A stretch of 64,000 bases of DNA, from contig CALKIG010000008.1 in the NCBI GenBank assembly GCA_937989945.1, positions 32,631 to 96,630 on the forward strand. Reading direction: 5' to 3'. The notes beneath the pieces were generated by a model, which did not search any database, was not told where the DNA came from, and saw only the letters and a program-made list of their open reading frames with translations. Shown piece by piece: positions 38,010 through 46,205 of this stretch. This DNA comes from an uncultured Actinomycetes bacterium. Lineage in GTDB: Bacteria > Actinomycetota > Acidimicrobiia > Spongiisociales > ZC4RG35. Every line of letters starts with the position of its first letter. The first letter of the stretch is position 1. The position numbers were made by a program, and so were the translations under genes.

Positions 38010-39479
38010 TCAACCTCCTAGGCGCTGCAGAAGATCCGCAGCGTCCTCAGCTTCATCGAGAAGCGAGCCGACGAGATCGGCTGCACCTCTCAGGGGCTCC
38101 ATCATAGGAACGCGCTTCAGGTGTGATTCGCCGATATCGAACACGAGGGAATCCCAGTTCGCGGCCACCACGGAGTCACGGAAGAGATCCACGCAGCGAC
38201 CGCGGAAATAGGCACGAGTGCGCTCGGGAGGGTTGACGGCCGCTTTCGCAATCTCGTCATCGGTAAAAAGACGGCGGAAACTTCCGGAGCCAGCCATCCG
38301 ATGGTAAAGGCCCTTCTCGGGGTTGACGTCGTGGTATTGCAGGTCGAATGCTCTCAGTTTCGGGGAGTCCCAGCCGATGCCGTCACGATCGATGAAGCGC
38401 TCGAAGACTCGCTTCTTGGCCACCCAGTCGAGTGTGTCTGATAGTGACATCACGTCGGTCTCCATGGCAGACAGCACCCTTTCCCATTCCCCGACGAGTT
38501 TGTCCCAAACCGGATCGTCGAGCTCCTTCTCGGCGTACTTGGATAGCCACTCCAAGAATCGCCCTTGAAGCTCCAGCGCCGTCGCACTGCCTCCGCCCTC
38601 GAGCTCGAGAGGACGCGTCAGATCGACGTCGTGGCTCACTCTCCAGCAAGACTCCACCGGGTCGGCCAGATCGAGCGGATCCGGTATGGCGCCATCTTCG
38701 AGCGCAGCGAGCATGAGCGCCGTGGTGCCCAGCTTGAGAAAGTTCTGGGTCTCAGAAAGGTTGGCGTCGCCCAGGATGACGTGGAGGCGCCGATACTTGG
38801 ACGCATCGCCGTGTGGCTCGTCGCGAGTGTTGACGATCGGCCGTTTCAGCGTGGTTTCGAGGCCGACCTCCTCTTCGAAGAAATCGGCCCGCTGCGTGAT
38901 CTGGAAAGGGACCTTGGGACGATCGTTCTCTGATCCGACTTTTCCAGCGCCGGTGAAGATTTGACGGGTGACGAGGAAGGTCATCGCGTATCTGATCACG
39001 TCTCCGAAAGGGGTCTCCCTCGACAGCAGGTAGTTCTCGTGGGCGCCATACGAATTGCCCTTGCCGTCGGAGTTGTTCTTGTAGAGGGAGACGATGTTGC
39101 CGGACTTCTCGGCGGCCGCCATCGCGGCCTGGTGCATCACGAGCTCGCCGACCTTGTCGTAGAGCGCGGCCTCGAGGGGGTCGTAGCATTCCGGAGCCGA
39201 GTACTCAGGGTGGGCGTGGTCCACATACATTCGGGCCCCGTTGGCGAGAACCGAGTTGACCACGGCGCCTTCTGGGTCGAGCGGGCCGTAGGTCTCGTGC
39301 CCGAAGCCTCGTGCGTCCCGGCCCGGGGTCTCCTCTTCATAAGACCATTGCACTCGCACGCGACGCCCGGGGTAGCTGTTGACTATCAGCGACGAGGCGA
39401 CCGCCGGGTTGAATCCGGGCTCCCCCTTAACAGTGATCCCGTATTCGGTCTCCGTGCCAAGGACCTTGTGGAGGGCCAT
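38010..39479 (-). CDS. dop: Pup deamidase/depupylase Dop
   Basis: VLGTETEYGI N-terminus; paralogous to PafA (..NSYGAHENYLL.., ..RLHVILGDANLSE..). Immediately upstream of pup. Confidence 0.9.
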   Translation of the reverse strand: MALHKVLGTETEYGITVKGEPGFNPAVASSLIVNSYPGRRVRVQWSYEEETPGRDARGFGHETYGPLDPEGAVVNSVLANGARMYVDHAHPEYSAPECYDPLEAALYDKVGELVMHQAAMAAAEKSGNIVSLYKNNSDGKGNSYGAHENYLLSRETPFGDVIRYAMTFLVTRQIFTGAGKVGSENDRPKVPFQITQRADFFEEEVGLETTLKRPIVNTRDEPHGDASKYRRLHVILGDANLSETQNFLKLGTTALMLAALEDGAIPDPLDLADPVESCWRVSHDVDLTRPLELEGGGSATALELQGRFLEWLSKYAEKELDDPVWDKLVGEWERVLSAMETDVMSLSDTLDWVAKKRVFERFIDRDGIGWDSPKLRAFDLQYHDVNPEKGLYHRMAGSGSFRRLFTDDEIAKAAVNPPERTRAYFRGRCVDLFRDSVVAANWDSLVFDIGESHLKRVPMMEPLRGAADLVGSLLDEAEDAADLLQRLGG

Positions 39480-41206
39480 CAGAGGTACTGGCCGCCGGAG
39501 ACCTTTTCGATCAGGCGGCTCTCGTCATCGCCGCCGACAAGGGTTCGCACGTACACGATTCTCTCGCCCTTCTTGCCTGAGATCTTTGCCCAGTCATCAG
39601 GGTTCGTCGTGTTGGGAAGGTCTTCTTGCTCGCGAAACTCTTGTTTGATCGCGGCCACTAGATCGCTTTCGGCGACACCAGGCTCGCCGCCGGCGATTTG
39701 GCGTTTGATGGCATCTTTCTTGGCGCGTCTGACGATGTTCTCGATCATCGCCCCCGAGGCAAAGTCCTTGAAGTACAGCACTTCGCGATCGCCTCCGGCA
39801 TAGGTGACCTCGAGGAACCTGTTCTCATCGCTCTCGCTGTACATCGCTTCGACCGTGACGTCGATCATCTGCTTCAGATAGGCATCCTTATCGCCGTCGA
39901 ACCGGGCAAGTCCTTCGGAGTCGAGTGGCGTGTTCTGGCTCATGTAGATGGCAAAGATCTCACGGGCCGCTTCAGGCTCCGGCCGGTTGATCTTGATCTT
40001 CACGTCGAGTCGGCCAGGCCGGAGAATGGCCGGGTCGATCAGGTCTTCACGGTTCGAGGCACCAATGACCACGACGTTCTTGAGCGACTCGACCCCGTCG
40101 AGCTCGGAAAGGAGCTGAGGGACGATCGTCGACTCGACATCTGAGCTGATTCCGGTTCCTCTGGTGCGGAAGAGAGAATCCATCTCGTCGAAGAACACGA
40201 TCACGGGCACGCCTTCGTCGGACTTCTCCTTAGCCCTCTGGAAGATCAGGCGGATTTGTCGTTCCGTCTCACCGACCCACTTGTTGAGCAACTCCGGGCC
40301 TTTGATGTTGAGAAAGTAGGAGCGGACATCAGGGCTACCGGTTCGCTCCGAGACCTTCTTCGCGAGGCTGTTCGCCACTGCTTTCGCAATCAGCGTCTTC
40401 CCGCAGCCCGGTGGGCCATAGAGCAGGATTCCCTTGGGCGGCTCCAGCTCATACTCCCTGAACAGATCGCGGTGCAAGTAGGGAAGCTCCACCGTGTCGC
40501 GTATCTGCTCGATCTGATCGGCCAAGCCACCGACGTCTGCATATGTGATATCCGGAACTTCTTCGAGGACCAGCTCTTCAACCTCGGGCCTCTCCATCTT
40601 CTCCAGAATCAGCCGAGACTTTGGGTCGATGCGGACGTAGTCGCCGGCGCGGAGATACTGGTCCTTCATCGCGTCAGAGCGACTCAGAACACTCTCCTCA
40701 TCGGCACGTGCGATCACCACGACCCTGTTATCGGGCATCGTCTCGCGAACACGTACCACCTCTCCGGCTATCTCGAACTCCCGGACGTCGATGATGTTGA
40801 ACGCCTCGTTGAGAAGGACTTCTTGCCCTACCTGCAGCTGTTTCACTTCGATGCTCGGTTGCGCGGCCACGCGTAGCTTCCGGCTCCCGGTCAGGACGTC
40901 GACCGTGCCATCGACGTTGACCTGCAGGACCGTGCCGAAGTTGTTGGGCGGTGCGGTGAGCTTGTCGACCTCTTCTCGAAGCACACCCAATTGCTGGCGG
41001 GCCTCCTCGAGGACCGCAGCCAGCTTGTCATTCTGAGTCGACGCCCGCTCGAGTCGGGCACGGGTCTCTTCGAGGTCGGTCTCCAGTTGACGGATCTGTT
41101 CCGGGGCGCCCGCAGCGCGCCTGCGCAGGATCGACACCTCTTCTTCGAGGGCCTGCACTACTCGTCGCAACTGCGCTACGTCGTCCGGTGTCCGTCTCTC
41201 GTCCAC
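39479..41206 (-). CDS. mpa: proteasome-associated AAA ATPase Mpa/ARC
   Basis: N-terminal coiled coil, OB region, Walker A GPPGCGKT, Walker [11 protein letters not shown]-terminal GGQYL proteasome-docking tail. The GTG start is preceded by AGGAAGGAAG. Confidence 0.9.
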   Translation of the reverse strand: MDERRTPDDVAQLRRVVQALEEEVSILRRRAAGAPEQIRQLETDLEETRARLERASTQNDKLAAVLEEARQQLGVLREEVDKLTAPPNNFGTVLQVNVDGTVDVLTGSRKLRVAAQPSIEVKQLQVGQEVLLNEAFNIIDVREFEIAGEVVRVRETMPDNRVVVIARADEESVLSRSDAMKDQYLRAGDYVRIDPKSRLILEKMERPEVEELVLEEVPDITYADVGGLADQIEQIRDTVELPYLHRDLFREYELEPPKGILLYGPPGCGKTLIAKAVANSLAKKVSERTGSPDVRSYFLNIKGPELLNKWVGETERQIRLIFQRAKEKSDEGVPVIVFFDEMDSLFRTRGTGISSDVESTIVPQLLSELDGVESLKNVVVIGASNREDLIDPAILRPGRLDVKIKINRPEPEAAREIFAIYMSQNTPLDSEGLARFDGDKDAYLKQMIDVTVEAMYSESDENRFLEVTYAGGDREVLYFKDFASGAMIENIVRRAKKDAIKRQIAGGEPGVAESDLVAAIKQEFREQEDLPNTTNPDDWAKISGKKGERIVYVRTLVGGDDESRLIEKVSGGQYL

Positions 41207-41316
41207 TGGCTTCCTTCCTGGTTGGTCGCCTCTAGGCAGTATACGAACAGCTTGGTTTAGTTCGAGGACTTAGTGGAAACGCCCCGGAGTGCCAGTTTCT
41301 GGGAATCGGCGGTGCG

Positions 41317-41562
41317 TCAGGCCTCGATGTGGATGCACATACCTGGACACTGCTGCGCAGCTTCCACCACCAACTCAAGCTGATCGGCAGGGACAGTGGC
41401 TACGCCGTCTGCGCCTTGTGGATTCCCCTGAGAGCGGGCGTAGACCCGGTCCGCGTCCTTGACATGGGACAAACCATCGTCGAGCAAGACGAATACGTCA
41501 GGCGCTATTGCCTCACACATCCCGCTGCCGGTGCACATCTCCTGATCGACCCAAACTCTCAC
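41317..41562 (-). CDS. small single-cluster ferredoxin (3Fe-4S type by Cys spacing)
   Basis: 81 aa; CTGSGMC....CP (CxxSxxC...CP), where Ser replaces the second Cys of a 4Fe-4S motif. Confidence 0.75.
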   Translation of the reverse strand: MRVWVDQEMCTGSGMCEAIAPDVFVLLDDGLSHVKDADRVYARSQGNPQGADGVATVPADQLELVVEAAQQCPGMCIHIEA

Positions 41563-41586
41563 GTACGGGAAGACTATTACGGGTTG

Positions 41587-42369
41587 TCAAGGTCGTTGGG
41601 AAACCCTTCTCATGAACACCAGGAAGCCCGTGTGCCCCACCATCGAGTGCTCGGGCCGAACGCTCCTACCCGACACGTTCCACTCCCGCATCAGGAACTC
41701 CCGCACCTCGATCTCGGCGAAGGCACCCAAATTCTCTGCGGCTTCGACCGTTGCCTGCACCTGCGGGATGGTGGGCAGATAGGCACAGACGACTGCTCCC
41801 GGCGCCTGCCCCTCGACGCAAGCCTCCAGGACTCTCCAAGGCTCGGGGAGGTCGAGCACTACCCGATCAGGTCCGACTTCAGACACCACGTCGACAACGT
41901 CGCCAACCAGAAGCTCCAGGTTCTCCGGTATCTCGCCGAGCCACCTCTCGATTGCCTTACGGGCGTGATCGGAGTGATCCTGCCTCACATCGACGGAGAC
42001 GACTCTCCCTTTGGCTCCCACGGCCCGGTGCAAGCCCATGGTGAGGGCTCCGCTGCCGGTTCCTGCCTCAACCACGGTCATTCCCGGGCCTATGTCTGCG
42101 TAGACGAGAATCGGGCCCAGGTCCTTGGGGTAGACGACCTGAGCGCCGCGCTTCATCTTCAACACGTAATCGGCAAGCCGCGGTGACAACAAGAGCAGCT
42201 GCGCCCCACCGCTCGACTCGACCCACGAACCATCCTCCAGGCCGATCAGGGCGTCATGTGGTATCGATCCCTGGTGGTATTGAAAGGTCCGAGTCGCGTC
42301 TAGCTTCAAGAGGAAGTAGCGGCCCTTGGAGTCGATGAGGAGGGCGGGGTCGCCTTCCACGAACTTCAT
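41587..42369 (-). CDS. trmI: tRNA (adenine58-N1)-methyltransferase TrmI
   Basis: From ATG 42369: MKFVEGDPALLIDSKGRYFLLKL.., SAM motif VVEAGTGSGALT. Positioned upstream of mpa, as Rv2118c is in M. tuberculosis. Confidence 0.8.
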   Translation of the reverse strand: MKFVEGDPALLIDSKGRYFLLKLDATRTFQYHQGSIPHDALIGLEDGSWVESSGGAQLLLLSPRLADYVLKMKRGAQVVYPKDLGPILVYADIGPGMTVVEAGTGSGALTMGLHRAVGAKGRVVSVDVRQDHSDHARKAIERWLGEIPENLELLVGDVVDVVSEVGPDRVVLDLPEPWRVLEACVEGQAPGAVVCAYLPTIPQVQATVEAAENLGAFAEIEVREFLMREWNVSGRSVRPEHSMVGHTGFLVFMRRVSQRP

Positions 42370-42461
42370 CAGAAGAGGCTGATGGCAGCGACTGCGAGGC
42401 TGAGCACCATCGCAATCACCACGACCCACACGGTTATCTTGACGAACTTGTTATTTCGCAT
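42369..42461 (-). CDS. candidate 30-aa single-pass membrane mini-protein
   Basis: Not in the track (under 60 aa). ATG 42461: MRNNKFVKITVWVVVIAMVLSLAVAAISLF. The TGA shares its A with the trmI ATG (TGATG). Only 24 nt remain to the divergent ORF at 42486, which argues against it being real. Confidence 0.3.
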   Translation of the reverse strand: MRNNKFVKITVWVVVIAMVLSLAVAAISLF

Positions 42462-42485
42462 GATCTAGGGTTCATCACGGTAGAG

Positions 42486-42755
42486 ATGAACAAGATCATG
42501 CGCACATTGTTTGGTACGAGCGACCTTCGAACCCTCGGGGTCAATCGAGTATGGAGGGGCCTGCGCAAGGGAGACCGCCGCGACCTCTATCTGGGAGCTG
42601 CATTGGCGTTTTTTGCCTGGTACCGGGCGAGCTCGGCACCTGAGAAAGAGCTCATTTTCAGGGAGAGATTGGCCGAGGGATCAGCTTTGGTGATCCACCA
42701 CAGGCGGCGTGGCGACCCTCAGATCGAAGTGATCAAGCCACCCCCGCCCGACTAG
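42486..42755 (+). CDS. hypothetical small protein with one hydrophobic segment
   Basis: 89-aa ATG ORF. It has one possible transmembrane segment (DLYLGAALAFFAWY) and a basic N-terminus. No recognisable family. Confidence 0.4.
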   Translation: MNKIMRTLFGTSDLRTLGVNRVWRGLRKGDRRDLYLGAALAFFAWYRASSAPEKELIFRERLAEGSALVIHHRRRGDPQIEVIKPPPPD

Positions 42756-42771
42756 ATCCCGCCCGACTAGA
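42743..42771. repeat. tandem direct repeat CCCGCCCGACTAGA x2 (15-bp period)
   Basis: Copies at 42743-42756 and 42758-42771 are identical. Copy 1 supplies the TAG stop of the plus ORF (42753-42755). Copy 2 supplies the CTA (= TAG) stop of the minus ORF (42767-42769). Confidence 0.85.
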
Positions 42772-42991
42772 CCTTGTAGACCTCGACCAGGGATTTGCCC
42801 TTGTTCTTGCGGGCCCGCCGTCCACCCAGGTAAAAGGCGACCAGGGCCAGCCCGACAACGGCGACGCCCACGAGCACAGCCGCGTCTTTGGCAGACTCTT
42901 TGGTCTCTTCAACGGTGCCGACGAGCTGGCGAGCCTTGGCCTCGATGTCATCTCTAGAAATCGTCAACTTCGACCCCCTGCTCATCTCCAC
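42767..42991 (-). CDS. small membrane-anchored hypothetical protein
   Basis: 74 aa: a soluble helical N-terminus, one transmembrane segment (AAVLVGVAVVGLALVAFYLGG) and a basic tail. GTG 42991 has GGAGA 4 nt upstream. It overlaps the end of the holin-like gene by 38 nt. Confidence 0.45.
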   Translation of the reverse strand: MEMSRGSKLTISRDDIEAKARQLVGTVEETKESAKDAAVLVGVAVVGLALVAFYLGGRRARKNKGKSLVEVYKV

Positions 42992-43298
42992 TCATTCTCC
43001 AGGCAACCAGGCCCGCCCCTGCCACGGCCACGACCGCAGTGATGACCCTTGCGAGGACTACGTACCACTCGCCATCCGGCAGGACCATCTTCATGAGCGC
43101 ATAAACACCGAGCAAGGCAAGGAAGGCGCCAAGCGAGAAGAGTGCGGCGCCGCCGACTCCCATGCCGGCCGCCTTGCCGAGCTTCTTCGCAGGCTCGATG
43201 GTCTCCTGGCGAAGGTACTCCTTCGACATGTCGACCAGGTCCTTGGTGAGCTGCGGAATCTCTTGAAAATCTGCCATTGCCTGGACAGAGGCTAACAA
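42954..43298 (-). CDS. actinobacterial holin-X-like (phage holin superfamily III-like) membrane protein
   Basis: An N-terminal amphipathic region, then two transmembrane segments (AAGMGVGGAALFSLGAFLALLGVYAL and VVLARVITAVVAVAGAGLVAW). This is the layout I associate with the Phage_holin_3_6 family. Start is either TTG 43298 or ATG 43277. Confidence 0.55.
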   Translation of the reverse strand: MLASVQAMADFQEIPQLTKDLVDMSKEYLRQETIEPAKKLGKAAGMGVGGAALFSLGAFLALLGVYALMKMVLPDGEWYVVLARVITAVVAVAGAGLVAWRMSGDEQGVEVDDF

Positions 43299-43340
43299 CA
43301 GCTGGACGTAGTGTCGCGCGGTTGTAGGGTGAGGCCCTCA

Positions 43341-44612
43341 ATGAGCTACGTCCGATCGGTGACCTCATTGGGCCCGCGTTATATAGCGCTCTGGGTCGGC
43401 CAGGCCGTGAGCCAGTTCGGAACGTACGTAGCGTTCTTGAGCCTGCCTCTGCTCGTCGACTACATAAACAAGCTGGCTGACGACGAGTCGATTCTCGACT
43501 TATCCATCACCTACGCTCTGGAGACCGTTCCAACACTGCTCGTCGGGCTCGTGGGTGGCGTTCTACTCGATCGATGGCACTTGCGCCCGGTCATGATTGC
43601 GACCGATCTCATCAGAGCGTGCGGATTCTTCTACCTGGCGGCCACCATCGGCGACTACGGAGTAGGCACGGTCTTCGTCGTAGCGTTCCTGGTCGGATCG
43701 ATGACGACCCTCTTTGATGGGGCCCTATTCGCGTTGATCCCGTCTTTGGTGCCGGAGAGACGGCTGGCTGACGCTAATGGCTACATCGCGGCCAGCCAGC
43801 AGGCGAATTTCGCTCTGGGACCGCTGGCGGCCGGTGTCATGGCCTTCAGCACCGGTACGCCCGCCGTCGGCCTTTGGGTCAACGGAATGACGTTTCTCGT
43901 GTCCGCTTTATCGCTGTACTGGGTTGGGCGGGTAGCCCACCACCGCTCGGCGGCAGATGCGCGCAACACCTTCTTCAGGGAAGCGGCCAACGGGATCAAA
44001 TACATCATGGCTGAGCCACGACTCCGCATCACGACCATCGCGTCGGCGATACCGAACTTCGTGGTTGGCTTCATCGAAGCGACGTTCGTTGTGTTGGCAC
44101 CGGTGGTCTTCAACACGCAAAACGAGGTCCAGATCGGTGTGCTGCTTGCCGCTTTCGGCGTCGGGGGTGTGATCGGAGCGTTGCTCGCCCCATCGGTGAT
44201 AAGGAGAATCGGCCTCGGCGCAACCATGACGATCGGCATGGGGATCACAGGAGCTTGCCTTCTGGCTGTGATGTTCACCGAATACGGGGTTGTCACGATC
44301 CTCCTCCAGATCGGTTGGATGGTGGGCGTCGGGCTCATCAACGTGGCCCTTGCAACCATCCGTCAGCACTACGCGACCGATGCGATGCTGGGACGGGTGA
44401 TAACAGCCTCCAGGGCAATCGGCTGGGCGACCCTCCCCCTAGGAGCCCTGGTTGGCGGCTGGCTCGGTGCCAGCGAGGAGACCTACCCGCTCGTGGCGAG
44501 AGTGTTCCCGGTTCTGATCGTGGCTACTGCGCTCTGGTTGTTGACGACGGTCGTTTGGCGGGACACTTTCGGCCCCAGGGAGATCACATTGGAGGCTGGA
44601 GCGGAAGTCTGA
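43341..44612 (+). CDS. MFS transporter
   Basis: ATG 43341 is preceded by GGGTGAGG. About 12 hydrophobic segments, with an MFS loop motif-like LLDRWHLRPVM. The track ORF begins at GTG 43311. Confidence 0.8.
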   Translation: MSYVRSVTSLGPRYIALWVGQAVSQFGTYVAFLSLPLLVDYINKLADDESILDLSITYALETVPTLLVGLVGGVLLDRWHLRPVMIATDLIRACGFFYLAATIGDYGVGTVFVVAFLVGSMTTLFDGALFALIPSLVPERRLADANGYIAASQQANFALGPLAAGVMAFSTGTPAVGLWVNGMTFLVSALSLYWVGRVAHHRSAADARNTFFREAANGIKYIMAEPRLRITTIASAIPNFVVGFIEATFVVLAPVVFNTQNEVQIGVLLAAFGVGGVIGALLAPSVIRRIGLGATMTIGMGITGACLLAVMFTEYGVVTILLQIGWMVGVGLINVALATIRQHYATDAMLGRVITASRAIGWATLPLGALVGGWLGASEETYPLVARVFPVLIVATALWLLTTVVWRDTFGPREITLEAGAEV

Positions 44613-44613
44613 G

Positions 44614-44655
44614 GAAAGGGCAGGGCCCGGACAGGGAGGCTGCCCGGGCCCTTTC
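44614..44655. terminator. GC-rich hairpin between convergent genes (bidirectional terminator candidate)
   Basis: GAAAGGGC....GCCCTTTC outer stem (8 bp) with further inner G:C pairing, followed on the plus strand by TGCT. It lies between the MFS stop and the Flp-like gene stop. Confidence 0.5.
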
Positions 44656-44667
44656 TGCTATCGAGGG

Positions 44668-45477
44668 TCAGTGCGTGGGATACGCAACTGCGGTTGTGGA
44701 AGGCTCCTCGATTTCTGTTGTGATCTGCTGACCTGTGTCGTTGGTTGTGGTCACGGACACAACCTGTACTTCGACCGAGACGACGCCCTTAGCCTTGCCG
44801 TTCTTGATCTGGAGCTCGTTTTCTCCTTCGGAATAGGTAGCACTGCCACCGGCGGGAACCTGGAAATTGGTAATGGTCCTGGTAGTCGTCTTCCCTTTGT
44901 GATCGGTCACGGTCACCTCGAGAGTGAGGTTTTGGTCGCCATCCGTGCCATTTGCGAAGTCAAACGAAGCTACCCATTCGCCCTCCCCACCCTTGCGAGT
45001 GGTGACCCACCATTCGAATTCTGAGTCAGCGGAGCTAATGGTGACCTCTGGTGCGGTAGAAGTCTGTTCTTCGTCATTTGAGTCCGCATCTTCATCTGAG
45101 TCGGCTTCGTCATCGTCCAGCTCAGCGTCATCGTCGTCCTGGTCGGCATCATCGTCGTCGACGTCGGCATCGTCATCGGTCGGTGTGCTTTGATCACCGC
45201 TGTCTCCCTGATCGGTTGCGTCGTCTCCTTGATCCTGGGCATCGTCTTGGTCTTCTTCAGCCGTTTCGTCGTCGACGGCCTCGTCTTCTGCTTCCTCTTC
45301 AACGTCTTCGGCCATCGCGAGAGTGTCGCCGACGGTCTGGAAGGTGTCTTGAGTGCTGTGCCCTGCCATCGATATGGCGGGGACCGAGATGACTGCGACA
45401 AGTGCCACTAGAAGGGCGTATTCGACAAGGGATGTTCCGTTGTCTGATTCTGCGAGGAGGGATCTGAGGTAGGACAT
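44668..45477 (-). CDS. Flp/Fap-type pilin domain fused to a poly-acidic linker and a beta-rich C-terminal domain
   Basis: From ATG 45477: leader MSYLRSLLAESDNG, then TSLVEYALLVALVAVISVPAISMAGHSTQDTFQTVGDTL (G/xxxxEY Flp signature). About 100 aa of D/E-rich linker follow, then about 130 aa rich in T/V/E strands (..NLTLEVTVTDHKGKTTTRTITNFQV..). Confidence 0.65.
   Translation of the reverse strand: MSYLRSLLAESDNGTSLVEYALLVALVAVISVPAISMAGHSTQDTFQTVGDTLAMAEDVEEEAEDEAVDDETAEEDQDDAQDQGDDATDQGDSGDQSTPTDDDADVDDDDADQDDDDAELDDDEADSDEDADSNDEEQTSTAPEVTISSADSEFEWWVTTRKGGEGEWVASFDFANGTDGDQNLTLEVTVTDHKGKTTTRTITNFQVPAGGSATYSEGENELQIKNGKAKGVVSVEVQVVSVTTTNDTGQQITTEIEEPSTTAVAYPTH
45069..45178 (-). repeat. low-complexity Asp/Glu-codon tract inside the Flp-like gene
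   Basis: Encodes PTDDDADVDDDDADQDDDDAELDDDEADSDEDADSNDEE. The plus strand is dominated by GTC/ATC/TTC triplets. Confidence 0.75.
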
Positions 45478-45564
45478 TTCCCTATATATCGGCAAGATCC
45501 TCAACCAGACCGATGGGGCTGAAGGCCCAAACGGAAGGGGAGCTACGCAAACCGTTTCACGCCG

Positions 45565-46146
45565 GTGGCGACGGAGTTCCAGGAAAGCCTGATACCACTC
45601 TCATCGATGGGCGAACTGGTGTGCCAAGCTCCACCCATGAGCTCGTGGGTCCAAGATGTCTCGGGACCGCTGAATGCGGAGCAGAAGGCGATCGCCGACG
45701 GCATCGACGCCATACTGGAACGGCTCAATCTGCCTCTACTCGACGTCGCTGCATCCTCGGCAGTCGCCGATGCCAAGGGCTTTCATGTCAGCTTGGTGCA
45801 TCGCAATCGGCCCGAGCTGACGATCGACGTGAGCGCATTCGGCAACGGCGAGGTATTCGTCCTCTACGGTCAGGAAGAGGAGTCATTTCGATCCAGAGAC
45901 GTCGACATGGGCAGGGTGTGGCCTTTCCCCGGCGCCGACCACGTGCAGGCCACGCTGGCCCTGGTCGAGTACCTGTTGACCGGACGAGTCGAGCTGCGGG
46001 TGTGGAAACGGCCCCTCGCAGTCAAAACTCGGTCCTACTGGATCAACGAGCAGGGGCACCATGAGCTGTTCAGCCGATCGAGCACGTGGGGTCCAACTCT
46101 CGGATGGTCACGAGAGCCGGAGGTTTACCGTTTCGACTTCACATAG
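45565..46146 (+). CDS. hypothetical protein
   Basis: 193-aa ORF (GTG start) with balanced, globular-looking composition. The overlapping 183-aa frame at 45513 is Arg-rich and looks spurious. Divergent from the Flp-like gene across about 87 nt. Confidence 0.5.
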   Translation: MATEFQESLIPLSSMGELVCQAPPMSSWVQDVSGPLNAEQKAIADGIDAILERLNLPLLDVAASSAVADAKGFHVSLVHRNRPELTIDVSAFGNGEVFVLYGQEEESFRSRDVDMGRVWPFPGADHVQATLALVEYLLTGRVELRVWKRPLAVKTRSYWINEQGHHELFSRSSTWGPTLGWSREPEVYRFDFT

Positions 46147-46154
46147 CCGCGCGA

Positions 46155-46201
46155 GCAGTTTTGCCCGCAAAACTGCAGACGGGCCGCCCAAAAGGCGGCC
46201 C
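46155..46201. terminator. two adjacent perfect 8-bp hairpins between the 193-aa ORF and tRNA-Leu
   Basis: GCAGTTTT (46155-46162)/AAAACTGC (46169-46176) and GGGCCGCC (46181-46188)/GGCGGCCC (46194-46201). Confidence 0.4.
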
Positions 46202-46205
46202 GCGG

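Noticed and set aside
43781-44359. 192-aa and 153-aa minus-strand ORFs inside the MFS gene
   Set aside because: They are antisense to a coherent 12-transmembrane-segment transporter frame. Their hydrophobic-looking stretches are mirror artefacts of the transmembrane codons.
45513-46064. 183-aa plus-strand ORF overlapping the 193-aa ORF in another frame
   Set aside because: It has strongly Arg-rich, low-complexity composition. The 45565 frame has balanced composition and was preferred.
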